Both the position numbers and the translations under genes were made by a program. From the sequence record CM123846.1: a stretch of DNA of 32,000 bases, one strand, 5' to 3'. Every line of letters starts with the position of its first letter. Within the stretch, counting starts at the first letter, position 1. Of the stretch, positions 1 through 11,607 are shown piece after piece. Under the pieces are notes generated by a model, which made no database searches, was not told the DNA's origin, and worked only from the letters and a program-made list of their open reading frames with translations.

Positions 1-85
<85 letters not shown>

Positions 86-104
86 AAATTTTTTCACATT
101 GATT

Positions 105-132
105 AATGTATCATGTTCTGATAAAAAGTCAA
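105..132 (-). promoter_or_regulatory. Candidate sigma70-type (PEP) promoter for the rRNA operon
   Basis: On the minus strand: TTGACT (127-132), a 16-nt spacer, then TACATT (105-110), about 20 nt upstream of the 16S 5' end. The -10 matches only 4/6 in an AT-rich context. Confidence 0.3.
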
Positions 133-155
133 ACCACTCTGCCTCTCTTTATATC

Positions 156-184
156 ATATTTTCCAGAATCTAACTGGAAAATAT
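156..184 (-). terminator. 3' stem-loop downstream of rps4
   Basis: Perfect 11-bp inverted repeat ATATTTTCCAG / CTGGAAAATAT with a 7-nt loop, about 50 nt past the rps4 stop. Confidence 0.5.
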
Positions 185-231
185 AAATTTTTTAACAAAC
201 CAATATATATGTAGTAAAATTGATATTAATA

Positions 232-840
232 TTAAACTTTACGTGAATAATATTCAACTACTAATAATTCATTAATTGAAATACCAATTTGATCACGTGC
301 AACTAAATCTTTTACAGTTCCAGTTAAATTCTCTAAATTTGAATTTAAATGCATTGGAATTGTTTTCGAATTAGATTCTTCAAGTGATTTTTTAATAAAA
401 TTAAACGATTTTTCTTTAACTTCAATAATATCATTAACTTTACATAAAAAACTTGGAATAGTTACACGTTGCTTATTAACCTTAATATGTCCATGATTAA
501 TTAATTGACGCGCACCGGCAATTGTTTTAGAAAATCCTAAGCGAAATACAATATTATCTAAACGAGTTTCAATAATTTGTAATAAATTTTCACCAGTTGA
601 ACCAGTTCGACGTTTTGCTTCACGAACATAACGAATGAGTTGTCGTTCAGTTAAACCATAATTAAAACGTAATTTCTGTTTTTCTTTCAACTGAAGGGCA
701 TATTGCGATTCTTTTACCATACGTTTTTTTGGTCCATGTTGACCAGCTGGGTAATTACGTATACACAATTTTTGTGTTAATCCGGGTAAATCGCCTAAAC
801 GGCGTGTGATACGTAGTTTTGGACCTCTATATCGAGACAT
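232..840 (-). CDS. rps4: Ribosomal protein S4
   Basis: 202-aa ORF. The N-terminus MSRYRGPKLRITRRLGDLPGLT and the S4 RNA-binding domain are typical of plastid/bacterial S4. Confidence 0.97.
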   Translation of the reverse strand: MSRYRGPKLRITRRLGDLPGLTQKLCIRNYPAGQHGPKKRMVKESQYALQLKEKQKLRFNYGLTERQLIRYVREAKRRTGSTGENLLQIIETRLDNIVFRLGFSKTIAGARQLINHGHIKVNKQRVTIPSFLCKVNDIIEVKEKSFNFIKKSLEESNSKTIPMHLNSNLENLTGTVKDLVARDQIGISINELLVVEYYSRKV

Positions 841-873
841 AAGTTCTATTTAAATATTTTAATTATTCTAAAC

Positions 874-915
874 AATTTTAGTGTATTTTTTATATATAAA
901 AAATACACTAAAATT
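874..915 (-). terminator. 42-nt perfect palindrome directly abutting the atpE stop codon
   Basis: AATTTTAGTGTATTTTTTATA|TATAAAAAATACACTAAAATT. Every position 874-915 pairs with its mirror, checked base by base. The atpE stop is at 916-918. Confidence 0.6.
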
Positions 916-1323
916 TTAAACTGTTGTTAATTGTTTAACAACTTGAAAACGAGCACGAGCACGTTTAAATTGGAAGGTTGCTTCCACACGTTCTTTTTCG
1001 TCAGTTACTTGTTCTAATTTAGTTTTTGCATTTTCAAACGCCGATTCGGCATTTTCAGCATTAATATCATCAATGCTATCTGCTTCATTTACTAAAATTG
1101 TAATTTGGTTATCTTTTACTAATGCAAAACCACCCATTAAAGCAACTGGAATCCATTCAGTTTTTGAACGAATTAATGTTACACCAATATCTAAAGCAGT
1201 AATTAAAGGGGCATGATTTGATAATACACCCATTTGCCCAGTATTAGTTGGAAGAATAATTTCTTCAGCCTGATCATTCCAAAAAATTTGATCAGGAGTC
1301 ATAATACAAACTTGCAAACTCAT
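916..1323 (-). CDS. atpE: ATP synthase CF1 epsilon subunit
   Basis: The ORF-track entry 916..1389 overlaps atpB. The conserved protein starts at the internal ATG at 1323 (MSLQVCIMTPDQIFWNDQAEEIILPTNTGQMGVL...), leaving a 19-nt gap to the atpB stop. Confidence 0.93.
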   Translation of the reverse strand: MSLQVCIMTPDQIFWNDQAEEIILPTNTGQMGVLSNHAPLITALDIGVTLIRSKTEWIPVALMGGFALVKDNQITILVNEADSIDDINAENAESAFENAKTKLEQVTDEKERVEATFQFKRARARFQVVKQLTTV

Positions 1324-1342
1324 AAGTCTTATTTTAAATAAA

Positions 1343-2806
<1,464 letters not shown>

Positions 2807-2976
2807 CTATAAATTTCATTAAATATGACTTATTTGTTTATCTAACTTGTATAGTTAACTAAATAAAATCTGTTTTGTAGCAAAATTCTACAAAATATTG
2901 TATTGATTTATGTTATATAAATATTCTTTATATTAACATACTATGAAATATATCTCAATACATATTAGGGATAATA

Positions 2977-3004
2977 ATATATCCCTCATTTATGAGGGAT
3001 ATAT
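2977..3004 (-). terminator. 3' stem-loop downstream of psaB
   Basis: Inverted repeat ATATATCCCTCAT tt ATGAGGGATATAT, 12 nt past the psaB stop. An alternative pairing exists with AGGGATA at 2967-2973. Confidence 0.55.
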
Positions 3005-3016
3005 TCAAATTGAAGT

Positions 3017-5221
3017 TTAACCAAACTTACCTGATGTTGAGGCAATTAAGAATGCTGCATATGTTAATACATAACCAGCTGAGAAATGTGCTAAACCTAC
3101 TAGACGTGCTTGAACAATTGATAAAGCTACTGGTTTATCTTTCCATCGAACTAAGTTAGCTAATGGTGTACGTTCATGTGCCCACGCTAATGTTTCAATT
3201 AATTCTTGCCAATAACCACGCCAAGAAATTAAGAACATAAAACCTGTTGCATAAATTAAATGTCCAAATAAAAACATCCAAGCCCAAACTGATAAACTAT
3301 TCATACCAAATGGATTGTAACCATTAATTAGTTGTGATGAATTTAACCATAAATAATCACGTAACCACCCCATTAAATATGTTGATGATTCGTTAAATTG
3401 ATTAACATTACCTTGCCAAATACCTAAATGTTTCCAATGGAAATAGAATGTAACCCAACCAATTGTATTTAACATCCAGAAAACAGCTAAATAAAATGCA
3501 TCCCATGCAGAAATATCACATGTACCACCACGGCCTGGACCATCACAAGGGAAACTATAACCAAAATCTTTTTTATCTGGCATTAATTTTGAACCTCGGG
3601 CATCTAATGCACCTTTTACTAAAATTAATGTTGTTGTATGTAAACCTAATGCAATTGCATGGTGAACTAAGAAATCACCTGGTCCAATTGTTAAAAATAA
3701 TGAATTTGTATCATTATTAATTGCTTGTAACCAACCAGGTAACCAAATACTTTGGCTTGCAACACTTGCTGTACTTTGTGAAGTTGATAATAAGAAATCA
3801 AATCCATAAGCTGTTTTTCCTTGTGCTGCTTGAATCCATTGTGCAAATACAGGTTCAATTAAAATTTGTTTTTCTGGTGTACCAAATGCTTGTACTACAT
3901 CATTATGTACATATAAACCAAGAGTATGAAAACCTAAAAATAAACTCACCCAACTTAAATGTGAAATAATCGCTTCTTTATGTTCTAACATACGTGCTAA
4001 TACATTATCTTTATTAGCTTCAGGATCATAATCACGAACAAAGAAGATTGCACCGTGAGCAAAAGCACCACACATAATAAATCCAGCAATATATTGATGA
4101 TGTACATATAAAGCTGCTTGCGTTGTAAAATCTTGTGCTAAAAATGCATATGGAGGAAGTGAGTAAATATGTTGTGCAACCATTGAACAAATTGTTCCAA
4201 CACTTGCTAATGCTAAACCTAATTGGAAATGTAATGAATTATTAACAGTATCAAATAACCCAGTATGACCAGCTCCTAATTTCCCTGCAGGAGCAACGTG
4301 TGAATCTAAAATTTCACGCATACTATGTCCAATCCCAAAAATAGTTCGATACATATGACCAGCAAGAATAAAGATTACAGCAATAGCTAAATGGTGATGT
4401 GCCATATCAGTTAACCATAAACTTTGTGTTTGTGGATGGAAACCACCAAGGAAAGTTAAAATTGCAGTTCCAGAACCTTCAGATGTTGAAAATAAATGTG
4501 TTGCAGTATCTGGATTTTCTGCATATACGGACCAATTACCTGTAAAAAATGGTGTTAAACCTGCTGGATGTGGTAATACAGTTAAAAAATTATCCCAACC
4601 AACATGTTGTCCACGTGAAGCTGGAATAGCAACATGAACTAAGTGTCCAGTCCAAGCTAGTGAACTAACACCAAATAAACCAGCTAAATGGTGATTTAAT
4701 CGTGATTCAGCATTTTTAAACCATGATAAAGCAGGTTGAAATGATGGTTGTAAATGTAACCAACCTGCAAATAAAAATACTGCCGCTAAAATCATTAAAA
4801 AAATTGAACTAGTGTATAGTTCTTGATTAGTACGAATACCAATTGTATACCACCACTGATAAACACCAGAGGTTGCAATGTTTACAGGACCTGAAGCACC
4901 ACCGCGTGTAAATGCTTCAACTGCAGGTTGCCCAAAATGTGGGTCCCAAATTGCATGAGCAATTGGTCTTACATGAAGTGGATCTTGAACCCACTGTTCG
5001 AAATTACCTTGCCATGCAACATGGAATAAATTACCTGATGTCCATAAGAAAATAATTGCTAATTGACCAAAATGTGAAGCGAAGATTTTTTGATATAATC
5101 TTTCTTCAGTCATACCATCATGACTTTCAAAGTCATGAGCTGTTGCGATACCAAACCATAACCTACGAGTTGTTGGGTCTTGGGCAAGAGCTTGGCTAAA
5201 TTTTGGAAATTTTGTTGCCAT
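3017..5221 (-). CDS. psaB: Photosystem I P700 apoprotein A2
   Basis: The conserved protein starts at [24 protein letters not shown] (ATG at 5221). The 20 upstream codons in the ORF track are not conserved. The [10 protein letters not shown] Fe-S ligand loop is present, and AGGAGA lies 7-12 nt upstream of the ATG. Confidence 0.98.
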   Translation of the reverse strand: MATKFPKFSQALAQDPTTRRLWFGIATAHDFESHDGMTEERLYQKIFASHFGQLAIIFLWTSGNLFHVAWQGNFEQWVQDPLHVRPIAHAIWDPHFGQPAVEAFTRGGASGPVNIATSGVYQWWYTIGIRTNQELYTSSIFLMILAAVFLFAGWLHLQPSFQPALSWFKNAESRLNHHLAGLFGVSSLAWTGHLVHVAIPASRGQHVGWDNFLTVLPHPAGLTPFFTGNWSVYAENPDTATHLFSTSEGSGTAILTFLGGFHPQTQSLWLTDMAHHHLAIAVIFILAGHMYRTIFGIGHSMREILDSHVAPAGKLGAGHTGLFDTVNNSLHFQLGLALASVGTICSMVAQHIYSLPPYAFLAQDFTTQAALYVHHQYIAGFIMCGAFAHGAIFFVRDYDPEANKDNVLARMLEHKEAIISHLSWVSLFLGFHTLGLYVHNDVVQAFGTPEKQILIEPVFAQWIQAAQGKTAYGFDFLLSTSQSTASVASQSIWLPGWLQAINNDTNSLFLTIGPGDFLVHHAIALGLHTTTLILVKGALDARGSKLMPDKKDFGYSFPCDGPGRGGTCDISAWDAFYLAVFWMLNTIGWVTFYFHWKHLGIWQGNVNQFNESSTYLMGWLRDYLWLNSSQLINGYNPFGMNSLSVWAWMFLFGHLIYATGFMFLISWRGYWQELIETLAWAHERTPLANLVRWKDKPVALSIVQARLVGLAHFSAGYVLTYAAFLIASTSGKFG

Positions 5222-5329
5222 TTGAAATTCTCCTGTCATTAATATTTTGAAAAGAATTAATATATGAAATTGAATTTTCAAATACTAATGTATTTAAAAA
5301 TTCAATTTATAAAAAGATACACTTAGTTA

Positions 5330-7585
5330 TTAACCAACTGCTAAGATACGTGCTAAGAAGAATGACCATGTTGTCGCAATCCCCCCTAATAAATAGTGAG
5401 CAACGCCGACTGCACGACCTTGAGTAATACTTAATGCACGTGGTTGAATTGCTGGAGCTACTTTTAATTTATTATGTGCCCAAACAATTGATTCAATTAA
5501 TTCTTGCCAATAGCCACGACCACTAAATAAAAACATTAAACTAAATGCCCAAACAAAGTGTGCACCTAAGAAAATTAAACCGTATGCTGATAATGCTGAA
5601 CCATATGATTGAATTACTTGTGATGATTGAGCCCAAAGAAAATCACGTAACCAACCATTAATTGTATTCGCACTCTGTGCAAAGTTACCACCTGTAATAT
5701 GTGAAATTCCATTTGCACCTACAGTACCCCAAACATCTGATTGCATTTTCCAACTAAAATGGAAAATTACGATTGAAATTGAATTGTACATCCAGAATAA
5801 ACCTAAGAATACATGATCCCAAGCTGATGATTGACATGTACCACCACGGCCTGGACCATCACAAGGGAATCTAAAACCTAAATTAGCTTTGTCTGGAATT
5901 AAGCGTGAACTACGTGCATATAACACACCTTTTAATAGAATTAATACTGTCACATGAATTGTGAAAGCATGAATATGGTGTACCATAAAGTCTGATGTAC
6001 CTAAAGTAATCGGCATCATTGCAACTTTATTCCCAACTGCTACAATATCTCCACCCCAACTTGGGCTAGTACTTGCTAATGCATTTGGTGCTGTAAAACC
6101 TGGTGCTGTAAAATGTGTATTTTGTACCCATTGAGCAAAAATTGGTTGTAATTGAATCGCCGTATCTGAGAACATATCTTGTGGTCGACCTAATGCACTC
6201 ATTGTATCATTGTGAATATATAAACCAAAGCTATGGAAACCTAAGAAAATACAAACCCAATTTAAATGTGAAATAATTGCATCACGATGACGTAATACGC
6301 GATCTAATAAGTTATTGTAATTATTTGTTGGATCATAATCACGAACCATGAAAATCGCACCATGGGCACCAGCACCAACAATACAAAAACCACCAATCCA
6401 TGTATGGTGTGTAAATAATGATAGTTGTGTACCATAATCAGTTGCTAAATACGGATATGGTGGCATCGCATACATATGATGCGCAACAATAATTGATAAT
6501 GAACCAAATAGCGCTAAATTAATTGCTAATTGTGCGTGCCATGAAGTTGTTAAAATTTCATATAGTCCTTTATGACCTTCACCTGTAAAAGGTCCTTTAT
6601 GGGCTTCTAAAATTTCTTTGATGCTATGACCGATACCCCAATTTGTACGGTACATATGACCTGCTACTAAAAATAAAACCGCAATAGCTACATGATGGTG
6701 TGCAGTATCAGTTAACCATAATCCACCTGTTGTTGGATTTAGACCACCTTGAAATGTTAAAAAATCACTATATTGATTCCAATCTAAAGTAAAGAATGGA
6801 GCTAAACCTTTAGCAAAACTAGGATATAATTGCGCCATTAAATCTGAATTGAATAAAAATTCATGTGGTAATGGAATTTCTTTTGGATCTACTCCAGCAT
6901 CTAATAATTTATTAACTGGTAATGAAACATGAATCTGATGTCCAGCCCACGCTAAACTACCAAGACCTAGTAAACCAGCTAAATGGTGATTTAGCATTGA
7001 TTCTACATTTTGGAACCACTCTAATTTTGGTGCGGCTTTATGGTAATGGAACCAACCAGCAAAAAACATTGCTGCAGCCATAATTAAACCACCAATAGCT
7101 GTTGTATATAATTGTAATTCACTTGTAATACCTGAAGCTCTCCATAATTGGAAAAAACCTGAAGTAATTTGAATACCTTGGAATCCACCACCAACATCAG
7201 CATTTAAAATTTCTTGACCAACAATTGGCCAAACAACTTGTGCACTTGGTTTAATATGTGTTGGATCAGTTAACCAAGCTTCATAATTAGAAAAACGTGC
7301 ACCGTGGAAGTACATACCACTTAACCAAATAAAGATAATACCTAATTGGCCAAAATGTGCACTAAAGACTTTTCTTGAAATTTCTTCAAGATCATTAGTT
7401 TGTGTATCAAAATCATGCGCATCAGCATGTAAGTTCCAAATCCATGTTGTTGTAGTTGGACCTTTAGCTAATGTTCGTGAAAAATGACCAGGCTTGGCCC
7501 ATTTTTCAAAACTTGTTGCAACTGGATCTCGATCCACGATAATTTTTACTTTTTTCGCTTCACGTTCTGGAGGACTAATTGTCAT
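5330..7585 (-). CDS. psaA: Photosystem I P700 apoprotein A1 (single uninterrupted ORF)
   Basis: 751 aa with the [12 protein letters not shown] motif. GGAGA lies about 11-15 nt upstream of the ATG. The gene is neither trans-spliced nor split. Confidence 0.99.
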   Translation of the reverse strand: MTISPPEREAKKVKIIVDRDPVATSFEKWAKPGHFSRTLAKGPTTTTWIWNLHADAHDFDTQTNDLEEISRKVFSAHFGQLGIIFIWLSGMYFHGARFSNYEAWLTDPTHIKPSAQVVWPIVGQEILNADVGGGFQGIQITSGFFQLWRASGITSELQLYTTAIGGLIMAAAMFFAGWFHYHKAAPKLEWFQNVESMLNHHLAGLLGLGSLAWAGHQIHVSLPVNKLLDAGVDPKEIPLPHEFLFNSDLMAQLYPSFAKGLAPFFTLDWNQYSDFLTFQGGLNPTTGGLWLTDTAHHHVAIAVLFLVAGHMYRTNWGIGHSIKEILEAHKGPFTGEGHKGLYEILTTSWHAQLAINLALFGSLSIIVAHHMYAMPPYPYLATDYGTQLSLFTHHTWIGGFCIVGAGAHGAIFMVRDYDPTNNYNNLLDRVLRHRDAIISHLNWVCIFLGFHSFGLYIHNDTMSALGRPQDMFSDTAIQLQPIFAQWVQNTHFTAPGFTAPNALASTSPSWGGDIVAVGNKVAMMPITLGTSDFMVHHIHAFTIHVTVLILLKGVLYARSSRLIPDKANLGFRFPCDGPGRGGTCQSSAWDHVFLGLFWMYNSISIVIFHFSWKMQSDVWGTVGANGISHITGGNFAQSANTINGWLRDFLWAQSSQVIQSYGSALSAYGLIFLGAHFVWAFSLMFLFSGRGYWQELIESIVWAHNKLKVAPAIQPRALSITQGRAVGVAHYLLGGIATTWSFFLARILAVG

Positions 7586-7688
7586 GGCGAAAAATTCTCC
7601 TTGTATAAATTACGTAAATTCAGTAACTATTTAATTAATAAATTTATTAAAAAGTTTTGAAGTATTAAAAATAAGAAAATTGATGAAG

Positions 7689-7712
7689 TATGAATAAATT
7701 ATTTTATTCATA
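7689..7712 (-). terminator. Stem-loop downstream of chlB
   Basis: TATGAATAAA ttat TTTATTCATA, a 10-bp perfect stem about 80 nt past the chlB stop. Confidence 0.4.
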
Positions 7713-7793
7713 TATTAAGAATAAAATAACTATTTTTTATAATTTAATTATATCTTATATTATAAGTGCATAATGGGTTAGATACTATATTTA

Positions 7794-9317
7794 CTACGTC
7801 CCAACTGCTTCTTTTGCTTGATATAACACTTCTAATGTGATCTGAGTTAAATTATTTTGTGTTGCGTATTTTTCTGTATTGCTTTTCACTTTCCCACGTA
7901 CAAAACTGGGTATTTTATTTAATTCCTGTAAACTTTCTGTTGACCAATTAATATCATTCAAATTTTCATTTATAGTAATTTTTTTTGTATCATGACCACC
8001 AAAAATTTCTAATAAATGATCTTCCATTCCTAATGTAAATGAATTATAAATCAGATCACAAATTTGGTTAGCACCTTCATAACCTAAGAATGGTTTATAG
8101 CCTAAAGTGAAATTTTGAATATGGACTGGAGCCGAAATTACACCACAAGGAATCGCTAACTTTTTGCCAATATGACGTTCCATTTGAGTTCCAAAAATTG
8201 CTGCTGGTTCAAGTTTTTCAATTAATTGGGCGATTTCATTATGATCCTCCGTAATTACAATTTGTTCACAAAAACCATCAACTTGTTCACGAAACCAGTC
8301 AGCATCATATTTGCAATATGTGCCAGATAAAATAACTTGAATACCCATTTCACGTGTTAATACTTTTGTCATATAAGAAGCATGAGTACTATCACCAAAT
8401 ACAATAGCTCGTTTACCTGTTAAATTTTGGCAATCAATTGATCTTGCAAACCATGCTGCTTGGGATATAAATTTTATCTGTTTATTTATATAAGGTTGAA
8501 AATTAACTCTTTCATCAAATTCCTGATTTAGTAAATTCTCAATTGTTTTAATAAAATTTTCTATTTCAATTAACCCAAATGGACATATATCAATATATGG
8601 CATATTAAGTTCATTTTCTAAAAATTTAGCAGTCATTAAACCAACTTCACGGTAAGGAACAATATTAAACCATGCTTTATTAATTTTTTTTAAATCTAAA
8701 GTTGATGATCCGTCAGGGATCACTAAATTTACATCAATATTTAAATCCGCAAATAATCTTTTTAATTCACGAGAATCATGATTATTATGAAACCCTAATG
8801 TAAATACACCTAAAATATTAACAGATGGTCTTTTTGTTTTTGTTGAATCTAATATTCCTAATTGCTTATACTTTTTTATATAAAAATTTATAACTTGTTC
8901 CAAAGTTTTATCAGCAGCTTGTAACTCATTAACGCGATAATGATTAACATCTGCTAATAAAACATCACAAGTTGTCGTGTGAGTTGCTTTTTCAACAAAA
9001 TTCACTAAATCTTCTTGTAAGATGCTTGAAGTACAGGTTGGTGTTACAATGATTAAATCAGGAGTATCTGTTAAATCTTTTTGAATAATATTATTCATAA
9101 CTTTATCTTGCGAACCACGTGCTAAAACATGACGATCAACAATACTTGTTGTAACTGGTGTAAAATCGCGTTCACGTTCTAACATGGAACGCATTACATT
9201 AAAATAATCATCACCAAGTGGTGCATGCATAATTGCATGTACATTTTTAAAACTACTTGCTACACGTAATGTTCCAATATGAGCTGGACCTGCATACATC
9301 CAATAAGCTAGTTTCAT
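7794..9317 (-). CDS. chlB: Light-independent protochlorophyllide reductase subunit B
   Basis: 507 aa. The N-terminus [56 protein letters not shown] is characteristic of ChlB. The stop codon is TAG. Confidence 0.97.
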   Translation of the reverse strand: MKLAYWMYAGPAHIGTLRVASSFKNVHAIMHAPLGDDYFNVMRSMLERERDFTPVTTSIVDRHVLARGSQDKVMNNIIQKDLTDTPDLIIVTPTCTSSILQEDLVNFVEKATHTTTCDVLLADVNHYRVNELQAADKTLEQVINFYIKKYKQLGILDSTKTKRPSVNILGVFTLGFHNNHDSRELKRLFADLNIDVNLVIPDGSSTLDLKKINKAWFNIVPYREVGLMTAKFLENELNMPYIDICPFGLIEIENFIKTIENLLNQEFDERVNFQPYINKQIKFISQAAWFARSIDCQNLTGKRAIVFGDSTHASYMTKVLTREMGIQVILSGTYCKYDADWFREQVDGFCEQIVITEDHNEIAQLIEKLEPAAIFGTQMERHIGKKLAIPCGVISAPVHIQNFTLGYKPFLGYEGANQICDLIYNSFTLGMEDHLLEIFGGHDTKKITINENLNDINWSTESLQELNKIPSFVRGKVKSNTEKYATQNNLTQITLEVLYQAKEAVGT

Positions 9318-9561
9318 AATTAAATTAACCCGAGATATATTTATACTTAACTATAAGTATGAAATATTTTCTCTAATACAAGTATTTATATTGATAATCA
9401 TATATATTTATACTTTTTTTAAAGTATTTAAAATACTAGCAAAAACTGAAAAATCCTAGCATAATAGTAATTAAATTATGAACTTTAAAGATAGTTTAAA
9501 ACTAACTGTGTTTTCATACAGATTAGATTTTAACAAATAAAAACACTGTTGGAGGATTCCT

Positions 9562-9690
9562 GTGTTATTATTAGCTAAATTACCGGAAGCTTATGCTCCA
9601 TTTGATCCAATCGTAGATGTATTACCGGTTATTCCAGTACTTTTCATTCTACTAGCTTTTGTTTGGCAAGCTGCTGTTAGTTTTCGTTAA
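9562..9690 (+). CDS. psbK: Photosystem II protein K (GTG start, 42 codons)
   Basis: Read directly: (M)[41 protein letters not shown]. There is an in-frame TAA at 9538-9540 and no ATG between it and the GTG. GGAGGA at 9551-9556 lies 5 nt upstream of the GTG. Confidence 0.9.
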   Translation: MLLLAKLPEAYAPFDPIVDVLPVIPVLFILLAFVWQAAVSFR

Positions 9691-9743
9691 ACTTCAGTAT
9701 TGTTTAAAATACAAAATGTAAAAATCACAATTTACAATATTCT

Positions 9744-9845
9744 ATGAATTTTGAAATTCTTTTCCAATTAGCCGCTTTAGCTTTTATTGTTGCGGCAGGT
9801 CCACTTGTAATTGTATTATTATCATTCCGTGGTGGAAACCTATAA
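9744..9845 (+). CDS. ycf12: Photosystem II protein Psb30/Ycf12
   Basis: Read directly: MNFEILFQLAALAFIVAAGPLVIVLLSFRGGNL* (33 aa). This matches the conserved Ycf12 pattern (...SGPLVI.LL..R.GNL). Confidence 0.88.
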   Translation: MNFEILFQLAALAFIVAAGPLVIVLLSFRGGNL

Positions 9846-9866
9846 GCAAGAATCTGAAAAAAAATT

Positions 9867-9962
9867 ATGCCTATCGCTGATTATCAAGTCTTCATTGCAT
9901 TATTTTTAGCCTTAACAACTGGAATCTTTGCTGTACGTCTAGGAGTAGCATTATATAAATAA
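9867..9962 (+). CDS. psaM: Photosystem I subunit M
   Basis: Read directly: [31 protein letters not shown] (31 aa). This matches the PsaM pattern (..Q..IAL..AL......RLG..LY). Confidence 0.85.
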   Translation: MPIADYQVFIALFLALTTGIFAVRLGVALYK

Positions 9963-10042
9963 TTTATTATTTATATAATAAATAAGCTAAAAATTAATAA
10001 GCGTATTCATATTAATAATACTTAATATTATTAATTACTAGT

Positions 10043-10077
10043 TTAACTAACTAATTTTAAATAAATTAGTTAGTTAA
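10043..10077 (+). terminator. Stem-loop downstream of the psbK-ycf12-psaM cluster
   Basis: Perfect 15-bp inverted repeat TTAACTAACTAATTT / AAATTAGTTAGTTAA with the 5-nt loop TAAAT. Confidence 0.55.
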
Positions 10078-10091
10078 TTTCTAAACCTTTT

Positions 10092-10119
10092 TTGACAAAA
10101 TTCTATAAGTATATATAAT
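10092..10119 (+). promoter_or_regulatory. Consensus sigma70-type (PEP) promoter upstream of trnQ
   Basis: TTGACA (10092-10097), a 16-nt spacer, then TATAAT (10114-10119). The -10 box ends 11 nt before the mature tRNA 5' end at 10131. Confidence 0.5.
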
Positions 10120-10130
10120 ATATTCATATA

Positions 10131-10202
10131 TGGGGTATCGCCAAGTGGTAAGGCATCTGGTTTTGGTCCAGACATTCGGAGGTTCGAATCCTTCTACCCC
10201 AG
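10131..10202 (+). tRNA. trnQ: tRNA-Gln (UUG)
   Basis: TGGGGTATCGCCAAGTGGTAAGGC... forms a cloverleaf. The anticodon arm is TCTGG-TTTTGGT-CCAGA (anticodon TTG), the T-loop is GGTTCGAATCC, and the acceptor is complementary. Confidence 0.93.
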
Positions 10203-10213
10203 AATTCCACTTT

Positions 10214-10420
10214 TTAAAAAAAATTTAATATAAAAGTAATTATAATAAACAAAAAAATAAGGACCCATGTTAAACTATTTACGAAAAGTTTTGCATTTCT
10301 ATAACTTGAAAAAAAACCAGTTTCATTAAATTTGCGTAATACAATATTTTCCGTTGGGGTTTGAGGAATTATTAAAAATAAAATAATTATTCCATTAATT
10401 AATTGAAGTATATGAAGCAT
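10214..10420 (-). CDS. ycf47: Ycf47 / SecG-like small membrane protein
   Basis: 68 aa with two hydrophobic helices separated by a polar loop. The pattern IIPQTP...F.SYRNAKLFVNSLTWVLIFLFIIITFILN resembles plastid/cyanobacterial SecG (..LTW.L..F.....LN). The assignment is from recalled family features, not a search. Confidence 0.55.
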   Translation of the reverse strand: MLHILQLINGIIILFLIIPQTPTENIVLRKFNETGFFSSYRNAKLFVNSLTWVLIFLFIIITFILNFF

Positions 10421-10484
10421 AGTTTATTGAACCGATAGCTTGTATATTAAAAGGGTTTATGATACAATTAATTAAAATATTTCA

Positions 10485-10557
<73 letters not shown>

Positions 10558-10585
10558 AATAATTAACATTATTTCAATACCCAAT

Positions 10586-11533
10586 ATGCAAGGTAATTTT
10601 GTATATACAGTATATCAGATATATAAACAAAATTTCTTTTTTAAAAAAAGCGTATTAGCTATTTCAATGGGCACTGATTCGTTATCATTAGTAATAATAT
10701 TTAATTTATTAGACAAAATAATAAATACGAAAATACAACTAGTTTCATGTAATCATTTTAATCAACGTATAAATTTCTATACTATAAAAGAAATCTATAA
10801 AATTAGTTATTTATTAAAAAATGAACTAACTATTAGTTGTCCAATCCAAACTTATAAAACAGAAACACAAAATCGAGTTTGGCGACATCAACTTTTTCGA
10901 CGAGTCTTGATTTTATCAAAACAAAATAATCTTTATTTAGCACATAGTCAAACTGATAAAGTTGAAACGACTTTTTTTAATTTATTACGTGGAACAACAT
11001 TAAATACATTAATTAGTGTAGATAATTTTAATTCTTATAATTGGATTGAATTTTTTTATTTTTCTAATTTTATTAAAAATACGCTATATATAAATAAAAA
11101 AAAAATTAATTATTTTAGGCCAATACTACCATATTCAAGAAAAAAACTTCAACAGTTGAATCTTGAATTAGAGTTACCAAATTGTATTGATTCAACAAAT
11201 TTTACAAAAAAATATAAACGAAACCAAATTCGCCTTATTTTAACTCCTATAATTCGATATTATATTAATAATAATATTGAAACTCAAATTGATAAATTTT
11301 CGGTTTTATCAAAATATGATTTAACTTATTTAGACTCGATGACAAATAAATTAATCTTATTTATTTGGTCAAAAAATCATACGAATATAAATTTCATTAA
11401 AAATGAATTTGTTAAATTACCAAAATCATTACAGTTTCGTTTATTAAAAAAATTGATTCAAATTTATTCAGGAAACAATATTAATTCACGATTAATTAGT
11501 AAATTAGTAAATCAAATAACAAATTTTAATTAA
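10586..11533 (+). CDS. tilS: tRNA(Ile)-lysidine synthase-like protein (ycf62), highly diverged
   Basis: 315 aa. An N-terminal PP-loop-like segment LAISMGTDSLSL (canonical SGGxDS) is followed by a ...H.NH... region and RP(I/L)L. The protein is very N/K/I-rich, and the position next to tRNA genes fits green-algal tilS. The start codon is uncertain. Confidence 0.6.
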   Translation: MQGNFVYTVYQIYKQNFFFKKSVLAISMGTDSLSLVIIFNLLDKIINTKIQLVSCNHFNQRINFYTIKEIYKISYLLKNELTISCPIQTYKTETQNRVWRHQLFRRVLILSKQNNLYLAHSQTDKVETTFFNLLRGTTLNTLISVDNFNSYNWIEFFYFSNFIKNTLYINKKKINYFRPILPYSRKKLQQLNLELELPNCIDSTNFTKKYKRNQIRLILTPIIRYYINNNIETQIDKFSVLSKYDLTYLDSMTNKLILFIWSKNHTNINFIKNEFVKLPKSLQFRLLKKLIQIYSGNNINSRLISKLVNQITNFN

Positions 11534-11535
11534 AT

Positions 11536-11607
11536 TGGGTCACCCGGGACTCGAACCCGGAACTAGTCGGTTAAAAGCCGAATACTCTACCATTGAGTTA
11601 GCAACCC
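11536..11607 (-). tRNA. trnK: tRNA-Lys (UUU), intronless
   Basis: The reverse complement is GGGTTGCTAACTCAATGGTAGAGTATTCGGCTTTTAACCGACTAGTTCCGGGTTCGAGTCCCGGGTGACCCA with anticodon loop CTTTTAA. It lies only 2 nt from the tilS stop, in convergent orientation. Confidence 0.94.

Noticed and set aside
3463-3969. Two plus-strand ORFs (85 and 82 aa).
   Set aside because: They are antisense to psaB. They are low-complexity and H/L/N-rich, with no independent signals.
5222-5281. 20-codon N-terminal extension of the psaB ORF.
   Set aside because: The conserved PsaB starts at MATKFPKF (ATG at 5221) with AGGAGA just upstream. The extension ([20 protein letters not shown]) would run through that ribosome-binding site.
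9318-9561. The chlB-psbK spacer was checked for a hidden small gene or tRNA. A GATAGTTTAAAACTAACTGTGTTTTCATACAG segment looked vaguely tRNA-like.
   Set aside because: No cloverleaf can be drawn: there is no acceptor complementarity and no T-loop GTTCRA. The longest ORFs are 5 and 19 codons with no resemblance to known plastid peptides.
10046-10056. The 11-mer AACTAACTAAT recurs near 17000-17010 downstream of accD, and a related AAACTAACTG occurs near 9503. This raised the possibility of a dispersed repeat family.
   Set aside because: The match is short, A/T-rich and present in only two or three copies, which is within chance expectation for 64 kb of two-strand AT-rich sequence. The flanks do not align.
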